From an uncultured Gammaproteobacteria bacterium (lineage in GTDB: Bacteria > Pseudomonadota > Gammaproteobacteria > JADZEE01), in the NCBI GenBank assembly GCA_964610595.1, contig CAZSZW010000003.1:1-28034 (forward strand): a stretch of DNA of 28,034 nucleotides. Reading direction: 5' to 3'. Below the pieces are notes generated by a model. It was not told the origin of the DNA and made no database searches. It saw only the letters and a program-made list of their open reading frames with translations. The position numbers were made by a program, and so were the translations under genes. This document shows, piece after piece, positions 8,433-17,551 of the stretch (positions within the stretch are counted from its first letter, which is position 1; every line of letters starts with the position of its first letter).

Positions 8433-8867
8433 TCAGTCCTGTTCGCGCTCGAGCGGCAGGGACTGGCCCTGCCAGGCCGTGATCCCGCCGCGCAGGCGGT
8501 GCAGGCGCGTCAGGCCCGCCTTGTTCAGGATCGAGGCCGCGCGCCCGGCGCTCGCACCGGTACTGCAGCACACCAGCACCGGACGCTCGGCGTAGCGCTG
8601 CACGAGTTCGCTGGCCTTGCCCTCGAGCCCCGACAGCGGCACGTGCACCGCATCGATGATGTGCCCGCGCCGGTACTCGGCCGCCTCGCGCACGTCGATC
8701 ACCACCGCCCCGTCGTGGTTGATGAGGTGGACCGCTTCAGCGGGCGATACCTCCTTGCCCGCAGAGACGATCCCGGCCCAGATATTGGCCGCCAGAAGTG
8801 ACAGGATCACGACCAGTGCCGCGACCAGCAGCATGTGGTTGGAGGCGAACTCGACGATTTGTTCCAT
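8433..8867 (-). CDS. Membrane-anchored rhodanese-like protein (YibN type)
   Basis: MEQIVEFASNHMLL plus a TM segment, then VIDVRE...GHIIDAVHVP, an active-site loop CCSTGASA and LRGGITAW. Canonical position upstream of secB. Confidence 0.85.
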   Translation of the reverse strand: MEQIVEFASNHMLLVAALVVILSLLAANIWAGIVSAGKEVSPAEAVHLINHDGAVVIDVREAAEYRRGHIIDAVHVPLSGLEGKASELVQRYAERPVLVCCSTGASAGRAASILNKAGLTRLHRLRGGITAWQGQSLPLEREQD

Positions 8868-9094
8868 GTCGATCCCGGTTCGGGCGGGCGCGCGGCGCGT
8901 GCCGTGGTCCAGTGATTGCAGGTGTGCAGCCTGTGGCGGCCGGCGTGCATGATACACTCGTGCGCGCGAGCGGCACACCAAGCGGGCGGGACCCGGCTGC
9001 GCGCACCAGCGGTGCCGGTGACACCGGGCCCCGACCGGACAGCGGCCGCTGTACGCCGGCGCTGCGGTCAGCCCCCGACCCGACGGCGACGGCC

Positions 9095-10687
9095 ATGAAG
9101 CAGGACTGCCAGGCGATCATCCTCATCGTACTCGACGGCTGGGGTTATTCCGAGGAAACCCAGTACAACGCCATCCACAGCGCCCGCAAACCGAACTGGG
9201 ATCGCTTCTGGGCCGAGTACCCGCACATGCTCATCGGTGCCTCGGGAACCGACGTCGGCCTGCCGGACCGGCAGATGGGCAACTCCGAGGTCGGGCACAT
9301 GCACATCGGCGCCGGCCGCCTCGTGCCCCAGGAGTTCACCCGCATCAGCATGGCCATCGAGGACGGATCGCTGCTGCACAACGAGACGCTGGCCGAGCCG
9401 ATGCGCAAGGCGGCGGCGAGCGGCCGGGCGGTGCACCTGCTCGGCCTGCTGTCGCCGGGCGGCGTGCACAGCCACGAAGAGCACTTCCTGGCGGTGCTGG
9501 AGATGGCCGCGCGCGCAGGCGTCGAGCACATCTACGTGCATGCCTTCCTCGATGGTCGCGACACGCCGCCCAGGAGCGCGGCCGAATCGCTCGCCCTGGT
9601 CCAGGCCAGGTGCCAGGCCCTCGGCCGCGGGCGCATCGCCTCGATCATCGGCCGCTACTACGCCATGGATCGGAACAAGAGCTGGGACCGCACGCGCACG
9701 GCGTATCAACTCATCACCGAAGGCCGCGCACCGCACAGCGCCGGCGATCCGCTGATTGCGCTGGACATGGCCTACCAGCGCGGGGAGAACGACGAGTTCG
9801 TCGAAGCGACCACGATCGTGCCGGCCGGAGCCGAAGCGGTGCGCGTCGCCGACGGCGACGTGGTGGTGTTCATGAACTACCGGGCCGATCGCGCGCGCCA
9901 GCTCACCGCCGCATTCACGGAAACGGATTTCGCCCATTTCGACCGCCTGCGGGTCCCCGCCCTGGAACGGTTCATCACCCTGACCCGGTACAACCCCGAC
10001 TTCGACGTCGCCGTGGCCTTTCCCCCGCAACACATGGAGAACACCTTCGGCGAGTACATCTCGCAGCTGGGCCTGACCCAGCTGCGCATCGCCGAAACCG
10101 AGAAGTACGCGCACGTCACCTTCTTCTTCAACGGCGGCGAGGAGAGCGTGTTCGAAGGCGAAGACCGGATCCTGGTGCCGTCGCCGCACGTGGCGACCTA
10201 CGACCAGTGCCCGCAGATGAGCGCCGTGGAGGTCACCGACCGCTTGCTCGAAGCCATCACGGCGCGGCGTTACGATGCGATCATCTGCAATTTCGCCAAC
10301 CCCGACATGGTCGGCCATACGGGCGACTTCGAAGCCACGGTGAAGGCCATAGAGACCATCGATGAGTGCCTGGGACGCATCGAGCGCGCGGCGCGCGCGG
10401 CCGGCATGGAGCTGCTCATCACCGCCGACCACGGCAACGCCGAAAAGATGCGCAGCACCGGCACCAGGAAGGCGCGCGCGCAGGCGCACACGGCGCACAC
10501 GGAAAACCCGGTGCCCCTGATCTACATCGGCCGCCCGGCGCGGATGGCCCGCAGCGGCACGCTGGCGGACATCGCACCAACCCTGCTCGCGCTCATGGGC
10601 CTGGAACGACCGCCGCAGATGACCGGCGTGCCGCTGGTGCGGCCCCTGGCGGCGGCGCCGACGCGCGAGGTCCGGGGCCGGCGGTGA
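9095..10687 (+). CDS. gpmI: 2,3-bisphosphoglycerate-independent phosphoglycerate mutase
   Basis: Start trimmed to MKQDCQAIILIVLDGWG. GQMGNSEVGH-type motif (RQMGNSEVGH), SPGGVHSH, GRYYAMDR, RIAETEKYAHVTFFFNGG, NFANPDMVGHTG, TADHGNAE and HTAHT. Confidence 0.96.
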   Translation: MKQDCQAIILIVLDGWGYSEETQYNAIHSARKPNWDRFWAEYPHMLIGASGTDVGLPDRQMGNSEVGHMHIGAGRLVPQEFTRISMAIEDGSLLHNETLAEPMRKAAASGRAVHLLGLLSPGGVHSHEEHFLAVLEMAARAGVEHIYVHAFLDGRDTPPRSAAESLALVQARCQALGRGRIASIIGRYYAMDRNKSWDRTRTAYQLITEGRAPHSAGDPLIALDMAYQRGENDEFVEATTIVPAGAEAVRVADGDVVVFMNYRADRARQLTAAFTETDFAHFDRLRVPALERFITLTRYNPDFDVAVAFPPQHMENTFGEYISQLGLTQLRIAETEKYAHVTFFFNGGEESVFEGEDRILVPSPHVATYDQCPQMSAVEVTDRLLEAITARRYDAIICNFANPDMVGHTGDFEATVKAIETIDECLGRIERAARAAGMELLITADHGNAEKMRSTGTRKARAQAHTAHTENPVPLIYIGRPARMARSGTLADIAPTLLALMGLERPPQMTGVPLVRPLAAAPTREVRGRR

Positions 10688-11847
10688 GCATCGGCCTTCG
10701 CGCCGCGCTCGCGCTCGCGGCGATCCTGGCCGCGGCCGGCGCCGGCGGCGAACCGACCGGCGCCGGCGATGGCGCCGCCGGCCACGCCGCCGCGCTCGAC
10801 GCCCTGCGCGAACGCATCGCGCAGATGGAAGCCGAGCTCGCGGGCCGGCGCCGCGAGCTGAGCAGCGCGAGCGCCGAGTTGAGCGCGGTGGACCGCGACC
10901 TCGAAGCCCGCACCCGGCACCTGCGCCAGATCGAGCAATCCCTGGCCGCGCGCCTGGCGCGCCTGCGCGAGCTGGAGGCCGAACGCGCCGCGCGCCGGCT
11001 CGAAGCCGGTCAGGGACGCGAGGCGCTGGCCCGGCAGCTGCGTGCCGTGCACCGCTTGGGCCGGCGCGACCGGCTGCGGCTGCTGCTCACGCAGGAGGAT
11101 CCGGACCGGGCCGGGCGCATGCTGGTCTTTCACCAGTACTATTCACGCGCACGGGCCGCGCGCATCGAGTCGCTGAGCGCGCGCCTGCGCGAACTGGAGG
11201 CGGTGCGCCAGGCGATCCGGCTCGAGACCGCCAAGCTGCGCCGGCTGCGCGCCGAGGCCGATCGCGCCGTGGCCGAGCTGGATTCGCGCCGTGCCGCGCA
11301 GCTTGCCGCGGTCGCCGCGATCGAGCGCGGCATCGACTCGCGCGCCGAAGCCCTGGCCGCCCTGCGCGAGAACCAAGCGCGCCAGCAGGCGCTGCTCGAG
11401 CAGCTCGAGGCGATCGAGCGCGCCGAGGGTGCGGCCCGCGAACCCTTTGCAACGCTGCAGGGGCGCTTGGCGTGGCCGGCCGCGGGCCGCGTGCTGCATG
11501 GCTTCGGCACCAGCCGCGGCGGCGATCTGTCCTGGCAGGGGGTCATGCTCGAGGTCGAGCCCGGAACCCCGGTCGCGGCGGTCAGTGCCGGGCGGGTGGT
11601 GTTCGCGGACGAATTCCGGCCCTTCGGCCGGCTCCTGATCGTGGACCACGGCGACGGCTACCTGACCCTGTACGGCCACATCGAATCCCTCGCCCGCGCG
11701 GCCGGCGATGCGGTCGAAAGCGGCGAGGTCGTCGGCACCGCGGGGCGCGGCGGCCGCGGCGCCGGCAACGTGTATTTCGAGATCCGCAAGGACGGCAAAC
11801 CGCTGAATCCGGCGCGCTGGTGCGGCACGCCGGCGACGAGCGGCTGA
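10684..11847 (+). CDS. envC: Murein hydrolase activator EnvC (coiled coil plus degenerate M23/LytM domain)
   Basis: GTG start overlapping the gpmI stop, signal peptide, long coiled coil. The M23 domain has WQGV and YFE where the Zn ligands would be, plus IVDHGDGYLTLYGH. Synteny gpmI-envC-ctpA. Confidence 0.88.
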   Translation: MSIGLRAALALAAILAAAGAGGEPTGAGDGAAGHAAALDALRERIAQMEAELAGRRRELSSASAELSAVDRDLEARTRHLRQIEQSLAARLARLRELEAERAARRLEAGQGREALARQLRAVHRLGRRDRLRLLLTQEDPDRAGRMLVFHQYYSRARAARIESLSARLRELEAVRQAIRLETAKLRRLRAEADRAVAELDSRRAAQLAAVAAIERGIDSRAEALAALRENQARQQALLEQLEAIERAEGAAREPFATLQGRLAWPAAGRVLHGFGTSRGGDLSWQGVMLEVEPGTPVAAVSAGRVVFADEFRPFGRLLIVDHGDGYLTLYGHIESLARAAGDAVESGEVVGTAGRGGRGAGNVYFEIRKDGKPLNPARWCGTPATSG

Positions 11848-11993
11848 CGTGCCGCTGGCCCGTGCCTTGCTTGTCACTCGAAGCGGGGGGCCTGTATGCT
11901 ATCCCGCGCTGCGTGCCGTGCCGACCTGCAGCCGACTGCCCGCGGTAGCGACCTCGTGAGCCCCACCCGCGCCATCCGAACGGAGCCGCGTCC

Positions 11994-13328
11994 ATGAGAC
12001 GTTCTGATCTGCTCGCACTGACCCTGCTGCCGTGGCTGATCCCCGGCCTGCCCGCGCCCGGCGCCGCCACGGACGAGACGGCCGTCGCCCAGACCCAGGC
12101 CGAGGCGCTGCCGCTGGACGACCTGCGCACCTTCACCGAGGTATTCGCCAAGATCAAGGCGGACTACGTCGAGCAGATCAGCGACCGGGAGCTGTTGGAG
12201 AACGCGATCCGCGGCATGCTCTCGGGCCTGGACCCGCACTCCTCGTACCTGGATGCCGAAGCGTTCAAGGGCCTGCAGGAAGGCACCAGCGGCGAGTTCG
12301 GCGGGCTGGGCATCGAAGTCGGCATGGAGGATGGCTTCGTCAAGGTCATCGCGCCGATCGACGATACCCCGGCGCAGCGTGCCGGCATCGAACCCGGCGA
12401 CCTCATCATCCGCCTGGACGACACACCGGTAAAAGGCATGAGCCTGGCCGACGCGGTCAAGCGCATGCGCGGCAAACCCGGCAGCGAAATCACCCTGACC
12501 GTGATCCGCGACGGCGAGCAGAAACCGCTGAAGATCACGCTCACGCGGGCGATCATCCGCGTCCAGAGCGTCAAGCAGCGGATCCTCGAGCCCGGCTTCG
12601 GTTACGTGCGCATCTCGCACTTCCAGTCGCACACCGGCGCCGATCTGCTCGCTGCGCTCGGGGCGCTCGAGCGCGACAACGGCGGTGAGCTCACCGGTCT
12701 GGTGCTGGATCTGCGCAACAACCCCGGGGGGATCCTCAGCGCCGCGGTGGACGTCGCCGACGCCTTCCTCGACGAGGGGCTGATCGTCTACACGCAGGGG
12801 CGGGTCAAGGATGCGGAGCTGTCGTTCAGCGCCAAGGCCGGCGACCGGCTCGAGGACGCACCGATCGTGGTGCTGGTCAACGGCGGCTCGGCCTCCGCTT
12901 CGGAGATCGTCGCCGGTGCGCTGCAGGATCTGAGCCGTGCGGTAATCATGGGCGAACCGACCTTCGGCAAGGGCTCGGTGCAGACCATCCTGCCGATGAA
13001 CAACGACGCGGCGCTGAAGCTGACCACCGCGCGCTACTTCACGCCGTCGGGCCGATCGATCCAGGCCGAAGGGATCCGCCCGGACATCGTCCTCGACCGG
13101 GTGCGGATCGCCGAGCTCGACAGCGACGACGACATGGTCAAGGAAGCCCACCTGCGCGGCCACCTGGAGAACGGCGACGGCGAGGAGCCCGAGGCCGGCA
13201 AGGATGACGAGGCACCGCCACCCGAGCAGCCGCCCGCGCCGGACGTTCCGCTCGCGCAGAGCGATTACCCGTTGTACGAGGCGCTCAATCTGCTCAAGGG
13301 GCTGGTGCTCCTGCAGGCGCGCCGGTAG
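11994..13328 (+). CDS. ctpA: Carboxy-terminal processing protease (S41, PDZ)
   Basis: LDPHSSYL, FGGLGIEV (PDZ), LVLDLRNNPGG, SASASEIVAGALQD and TFGKGSVQT. Confidence 0.93.
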   Translation: MRRSDLLALTLLPWLIPGLPAPGAATDETAVAQTQAEALPLDDLRTFTEVFAKIKADYVEQISDRELLENAIRGMLSGLDPHSSYLDAEAFKGLQEGTSGEFGGLGIEVGMEDGFVKVIAPIDDTPAQRAGIEPGDLIIRLDDTPVKGMSLADAVKRMRGKPGSEITLTVIRDGEQKPLKITLTRAIIRVQSVKQRILEPGFGYVRISHFQSHTGADLLAALGALERDNGGELTGLVLDLRNNPGGILSAAVDVADAFLDEGLIVYTQGRVKDAELSFSAKAGDRLEDAPIVVLVNGGSASASEIVAGALQDLSRAVIMGEPTFGKGSVQTILPMNNDAALKLTTARYFTPSGRSIQAEGIRPDIVLDRVRIAELDSDDDMVKEAHLRGHLENGDGEEPEAGKDDEAPPPEQPPAPDVPLAQSDYPLYEALNLLKGLVLLQARR

Positions 13329-13346
13329 CGTCCGGCCCCGGCCCGC

Positions 13347-14150
13347 ATGCCCGCTCCGATCGTTGCGGTGCTGGCGCTCAGCGCCCTGGTCGCGACCGCG
13401 GCCACGGCCGCCGAGGCGCAGCGGGCGCGACCGGCGCTGATCAGCGTGCTCATCGACGACATGGGTTACCGGCTCGGCGACGGACTGGCGGCGATCGCGT
13501 TGCCCGGCCCGCTCGGGTACTCCATCCTGCCCCACACCCCGCACGCCAAGCGCCTGCTCGAAGCGGCGCGGGAAGCCGGCCGGGAGGTGCTGGTACACCT
13601 GCCGATGGAAGCCGTGCAGGGCAACGGCCTGCTGGGTCCCGGCGCGCTGCGCGCGGACATGAACCACGAGATCTTCGTCGACACGGTGCACCAAGGGCTG
13701 GACTCGCTGCCCGCGGCGGTGGGCGTGAACAACCACATGGGCAGCCTGCTCACGCGCCACACGCTGCCGATGGGCTGGCTGATGCAATCGCTGAAGTCAC
13801 GCGGCCTGTTCTTCATCGACAGCCGCACCACCGCGCACAGCGTGGCCGCGCGCGTCGCCCGCGAACACGCCGTTCCGGTCCTGAGCCGCGACGTGTTCCT
13901 GGACAACGAGCGCGAAGCGGACCACGTGCGCGCCCAGTTCCATGCATTGGTCGCCATCGCCCGGCGCCGCGGCCATGCGCTGGGGATCGGCCACCCGCAC
14001 CCGGTCACCGTCGCGGTGCTGGCCAGCGAGCTCGCCGCCCTCGATCCGCTTGAGGTACGGCTGGTCAGCCCGGGCGAGCTGCTGCGTATGCGCGCCGTGC
14101 CGCCCGCACGCACCCTGCCCGCACCGCCGGCGATCCCGCTGCGTCATTGA
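13347..14150 (+). CDS. Divergent polysaccharide deacetylase (YibQ family)
   Basis: LIDDMG, VHLPME, GVNNHMGS, FFIDSRT, RDVFLDN and IGHPHPVT. Follows ctpA as usual. Confidence 0.9.
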   Translation: MPAPIVAVLALSALVATAATAAEAQRARPALISVLIDDMGYRLGDGLAAIALPGPLGYSILPHTPHAKRLLEAAREAGREVLVHLPMEAVQGNGLLGPGALRADMNHEIFVDTVHQGLDSLPAAVGVNNHMGSLLTRHTLPMGWLMQSLKSRGLFFIDSRTTAHSVAARVAREHAVPVLSRDVFLDNEREADHVRAQFHALVAIARRRGHALGIGHPHPVTVAVLASELAALDPLEVRLVSPGELLRMRAVPPARTLPAPPAIPLRH

Positions 14151-14410
14151 GCGGGCGGGCCGCAACGGTGACCGGGGCGGATTGGTTCGAGCTGGCGCGC
14201 CACCCGAGCGTGGTGCGGCGCGCCCTGAAGGTCGCGGTGCTGGTCGGCACCCTTCTCGTCGCCATCAATCACGGTGCCGCTCTGCTGGCCGGCGAGCTGG
14301 ATACGACGCGTGCGATCCAGGTGCTGCTCACCTACCTGGTGCCGTACTGCGTCTCCACCTATGCCGCGGTCGGGGCCTTGCGCGAGCAACCGGCGCAAGA
14401 CGATGTCTGA
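14147..14410 (+). CDS. Small two-TM protein resembling the nitrate/nitrite transporter NrtS family
   Basis: RRALKVAVLVGTLLVAINHG...LLTYLVPYCVSTY matches the NrtS pattern as I recall it. Overlaps both neighbours. Confidence 0.7.
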   Translation: MSGRAATVTGADWFELARHPSVVRRALKVAVLVGTLLVAINHGAALLAGELDTTRAIQVLLTYLVPYCVSTYAAVGALREQPAQDDV

Positions 14411-15473
14411 ACGTCGCCGCGCGGCCGCCGCGGCGCTGGCGCTGGCGCTGGCGGGCATCGGCCCGGCGGCGGCGCTCGATCGCGACGCGGCGCTGGCCGC
14501 CTACGCACGCGGCGACTACCGCAGCGCCGGGGTCGCCTTCGCCAGGCTCGCACGCCGCGGTGACGCCGTGGCGATGAACAATCTCGGGGTGCTGCACCTG
14601 CGCGGCCTGGGCGTGCCGCAGGACGATGCCAAGGCGCTGGCGCTTTTCCGCGCCGCCGATCGCAACGGGCTGACCGGCGCCAAGCACAACATCGGCATGA
14701 TGTACCTGCGTGGCCACGGGGTCGAGGCCGATCCGGCCGCGGCGGCGCACTGGTTCGCCGCCGGCGCCGAACGCGGCGACCGCGAGGCGCAATTCCAGCT
14801 CGCCCTGCTGCTGCACGCCGGCCGCGGGCTGGCGCGCGACCCCGAAGCTGCGCTGCGGCACTTCGAACAGGCCGCCGAGGCAGGGCTGCCCGCCGCGCAG
14901 TACAACCTCGGCGTGCTGTACCTGAACGGCGACGGGGCACCACCCGACGCCGAGCGCGCCGCGTTCTGGCTGCGACGCGCCGCCGAGGCCGGGCACGCCG
15001 AGGCGCAGCTGCAGCTCGGTTACCTGCTGTTCAAGGGCGGTGACGGCATCGAGCCCGACTACGTCGAAGCCGAGCGCTGGCTCGGCGCCAGCGCCGCCAA
15101 GGGCGATGCCGAAGCGCAGCTGAACCTGGGCATGATCGCGCTGCGCGGGCTGGCCGGCCCGCCCAATGCCGAGGCCGCCTTCCACTGGTTTCGCCGGGCC
15201 GCCGAGCAGGGCCACGTCGGGGCCCAGCACAACCTGGGGATCCTGTACTTCCAGGGGGTGGGTGCGCCGCTCGATCCGGTGCGAGCCTACGCGTGGTTCG
15301 ACGTCAGCGCCATGGGCGGCCACGAACAGGCTCGGCGCAACCTCGAGCTGCTCGATGCGCAGCTCACGGCCCAGGCCATCGCCGAGGCGCGCGCGCTGTC
15401 GGCGGAGTTCATCCGCGAGTTCGGCACTTACGGCAGCGCCGAGCGCGCGCCGGATCCGACCCCGGATCACTGA
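14403..15473 (+). CDS. Secreted Sel1-repeat protein
   Basis: Signal peptide MSERRRAAAAALALALAGIGPAAA, then seven Sel1 repeats (AMNNLG, AKHNIG, AQFQLA, AQYNLG, AQLQLG, AQLNLG, AQHNLG) and the typical AYAWFxxxA...A..ARA cap. Confidence 0.88.
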   Translation: MSERRRAAAAALALALAGIGPAAALDRDAALAAYARGDYRSAGVAFARLARRGDAVAMNNLGVLHLRGLGVPQDDAKALALFRAADRNGLTGAKHNIGMMYLRGHGVEADPAAAAHWFAAGAERGDREAQFQLALLLHAGRGLARDPEAALRHFEQAAEAGLPAAQYNLGVLYLNGDGAPPDAERAAFWLRRAAEAGHAEAQLQLGYLLFKGGDGIEPDYVEAERWLGASAAKGDAEAQLNLGMIALRGLAGPPNAEAAFHWFRRAAEQGHVGAQHNLGILYFQGVGAPLDPVRAYAWFDVSAMGGHEQARRNLELLDAQLTAQAIAEARALSAEFIREFGTYGSAERAPDPTPDH

Positions 15474-15601
15474 CCCGCGCCGAGCCTGCCCAGGCACCGC
15501 CCGCGCACCGGCGCGTCGTTTCCTGCCCCAACGCGGGCGGCGCGGCCCGGGTCCCCGGAAACGATCCATGCAGCCCGGTGCAACCACGCGCGAGCGTCAC
15601 G

Positions 15602-16360
15602 CTACTTCAGCATGACGCCCCCGTCGACGACGATGCTGGTGCCGACCACGTAGTCGCTCGCCGCCGAGGCCAGGAACACCGCTGCACCGGCGACGTCTTC
15701 GCAACGGCCGATGCGTCCGGCCGGGACCTTGCTCGCCGCCGCCGCGGTCACGCGCTCGATGGTCCGCGGATTCAATCCCGTGTCGATGTAACCGGGGCAC
15801 AGGGCATTGACCTGGATGTTGTGACGCACCAGCTCCAGCGCCATCGCCCGCGTGAGCATCATCACCCCGCCCTTGCTGGCGCTGTAGTCGGCGCTGCACG
15901 GCAGCGGCAGGAACGATCCCACCGAAGCGATGTTGATGATCTTGCCGTTGCCCTGACTCACCATGCGCCGGCCCGCCGCCTGTGCGCACAGGAACATGCC
16001 GGTCAGATTGATCGCGATCGTCTCCTGCCACTGAGCGGGCTCGATGTCCAGGAACAAGCGCGCGGCGCCGCCAGTGCCGGCATTGTTGACCAGGACGTCG
16101 ACGCGGCCGAAGCGCGCGACGACGGCATCGACCATCGTCTCGACCTCGGCGCGCTGCGTGACGTCGCAACGGTAAGCCGCGGCCTCGCTGCCCGCTGCAC
16201 GGATCGCCTCGCACGCCGCCTCGCACACCGCCAGGCGCCGCCCGCACAGGGCGACACGGGCGCCGGCCCCCGCCAGCGCCCGCGCGATGCCCAGGCCGAT
16301 CCCGCTGCCGCCGCCGGTGACGATCGCCACCCGGCCGGTCAGATCGAAAGTCACACTCAC
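15602..16360 (-). CDS. Short-chain dehydrogenase/reductase (SDR)
   Basis: TGGGSGIG, LVNNAG, IINIASV, catalytic YSASK and VNALCPGYIDT. Confidence 0.9.
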   Translation of the reverse strand: MSVTFDLTGRVAIVTGGGSGIGLGIARALAGAGARVALCGRRLAVCEAACEAIRAAGSEAAAYRCDVTQRAEVETMVDAVVARFGRVDVLVNNAGTGGAARLFLDIEPAQWQETIAINLTGMFLCAQAAGRRMVSQGNGKIINIASVGSFLPLPCSADYSASKGGVMMLTRAMALELVRHNIQVNALCPGYIDTGLNPRTIERVTAAAASKVPAGRIGRCEDVAGAAVFLASAASDYVVGTSIVVDGGVMLK

Positions 16361-17526
16361 GATGCGCCGACCGCGTCGCGCGCGGGCGGTGCGGCGCGGA
16401 CCTCGCCATCGAGCAGCTGCGCAGCCAGCGCCTCGAGGTGATCGTCAGCGTCGCCGAAGGCGCTCTCGGCCATGCGCGCGTGACGGAAGTAAAGCGGCAT
16501 CTCATGTTCCTCGCAGTAACCGATGCCGCCCATGACCTGGTGTCCGCGGCGCACGATGCGCCGGTAGGCCTGGCTGCAGCAGACCTTGGCCTTGGCGGCC
16601 AGCACCGGCTCCGGTGCTGCGCGGTCGATTGCCGCGGCCGCCTTGTACGTCAGCCAGCGCGCGCACTCCAGGTCCATGAGCATGTCCACGCAATGGTGCT
16701 GGATGGCCTGGAAGCTGCCGATCGGACGGCCGAACTGCTCGCGCTCGCGGGCGTAGGCGACGGCGGTATCCAGCACGCGCTGCGCGCCCCCGACCATCTC
16801 CGCGCACTTGCCCACCGTGGCTTCGAGCAACGCCCGGCGCAGCCCCTGCGCGGCCTGTTCGGGCTCGCCGAGCATGTCCGCGTCACTCACCTCTACGCCG
16901 GCGAAGTCCACCTGGTCGTACTGCGCGCCGCCGATGCACGGCATCGGCGTGCGCCGCACGCCGGGTGCATCCGCGGCGACGCGATACAGCGCCAGCGCCT
17001 CGTCCGCGCCGCTGCGTGCCGGGCACAGCAGCAGGTGCGCGGTCGCAGCGTCGGCGACGAACGGCACCGTACCCCGCAGCCTCACACCCGCGCGGACGGA
17101 CTCGGCGTGCACGGACACGGCGGACGCCTCGAGCGCCGCGCGCTGCGTGTCCAGCGCGAGCGCGAGGCGCAGTTCACCCCGGGCGAGGGGCGGCAACAGC
17201 GCCTGGCGCTGCGGCTCGGCGCCCGCGCGCAGCACACACAAGGCGCCGAGCACGGCGCTGGAGAACAGCGGCCCCGGCACACAGGCGTAACCAATCTCCT
17301 CGAGCAGGACGACCAGATCCACGAAACCGGCGCCGCTGCCGCCGTAGCGCTCGGGCACGAGCAGTCCCATCCAGCCGAGCTCGGCCATCTGCCGCCACAG
17401 CGCATCGTCGCAGCCGTGCGGCTGCAGGCGTGCGGCGCGCACCCGCGCCGGCGTGCAGGCCTCGGCCAGGAATTCCCGCGCGCTGTGCCGGATCAGCATC
17501 TGCTGTTCGTCGAGCTCCAGGTGCAT
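16357..17526 (-). CDS. Acyl-CoA dehydrogenase family protein, probable non-catalytic subunit of an alpha2beta2 pair
   Basis: MHLELDEQQMLIRHSAREFL, REQFGRPIGSFQAIQH and HQVMGGIGY. The SEPxAGSD FAD motif is degenerate and neither canonical catalytic Glu site is recognisable. Confidence 0.88.
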   Translation of the reverse strand: MHLELDEQQMLIRHSAREFLAEACTPARVRAARLQPHGCDDALWRQMAELGWMGLLVPERYGGSGAGFVDLVVLLEEIGYACVPGPLFSSAVLGALCVLRAGAEPQRQALLPPLARGELRLALALDTQRAALEASAVSVHAESVRAGVRLRGTVPFVADAATAHLLLCPARSGADEALALYRVAADAPGVRRTPMPCIGGAQYDQVDFAGVEVSDADMLGEPEQAAQGLRRALLEATVGKCAEMVGGAQRVLDTAVAYAREREQFGRPIGSFQAIQHHCVDMLMDLECARWLTYKAAAAIDRAAPEPVLAAKAKVCCSQAYRRIVRRGHQVMGGIGYCEEHEMPLYFRHARMAESAFGDADDHLEALAAQLLDGEVRAAPPARDAVGAS

Positions 17527-17551
17527 GCAATCGGTTCTCCGTAACGGACGC

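Noticed and set aside
9280-9320. gpmI has GHMHIGAG rather than the common GHxNIGAG
   Set aside because: The catalytic Ser and the metal-binding motifs are intact; probably ordinary variation.
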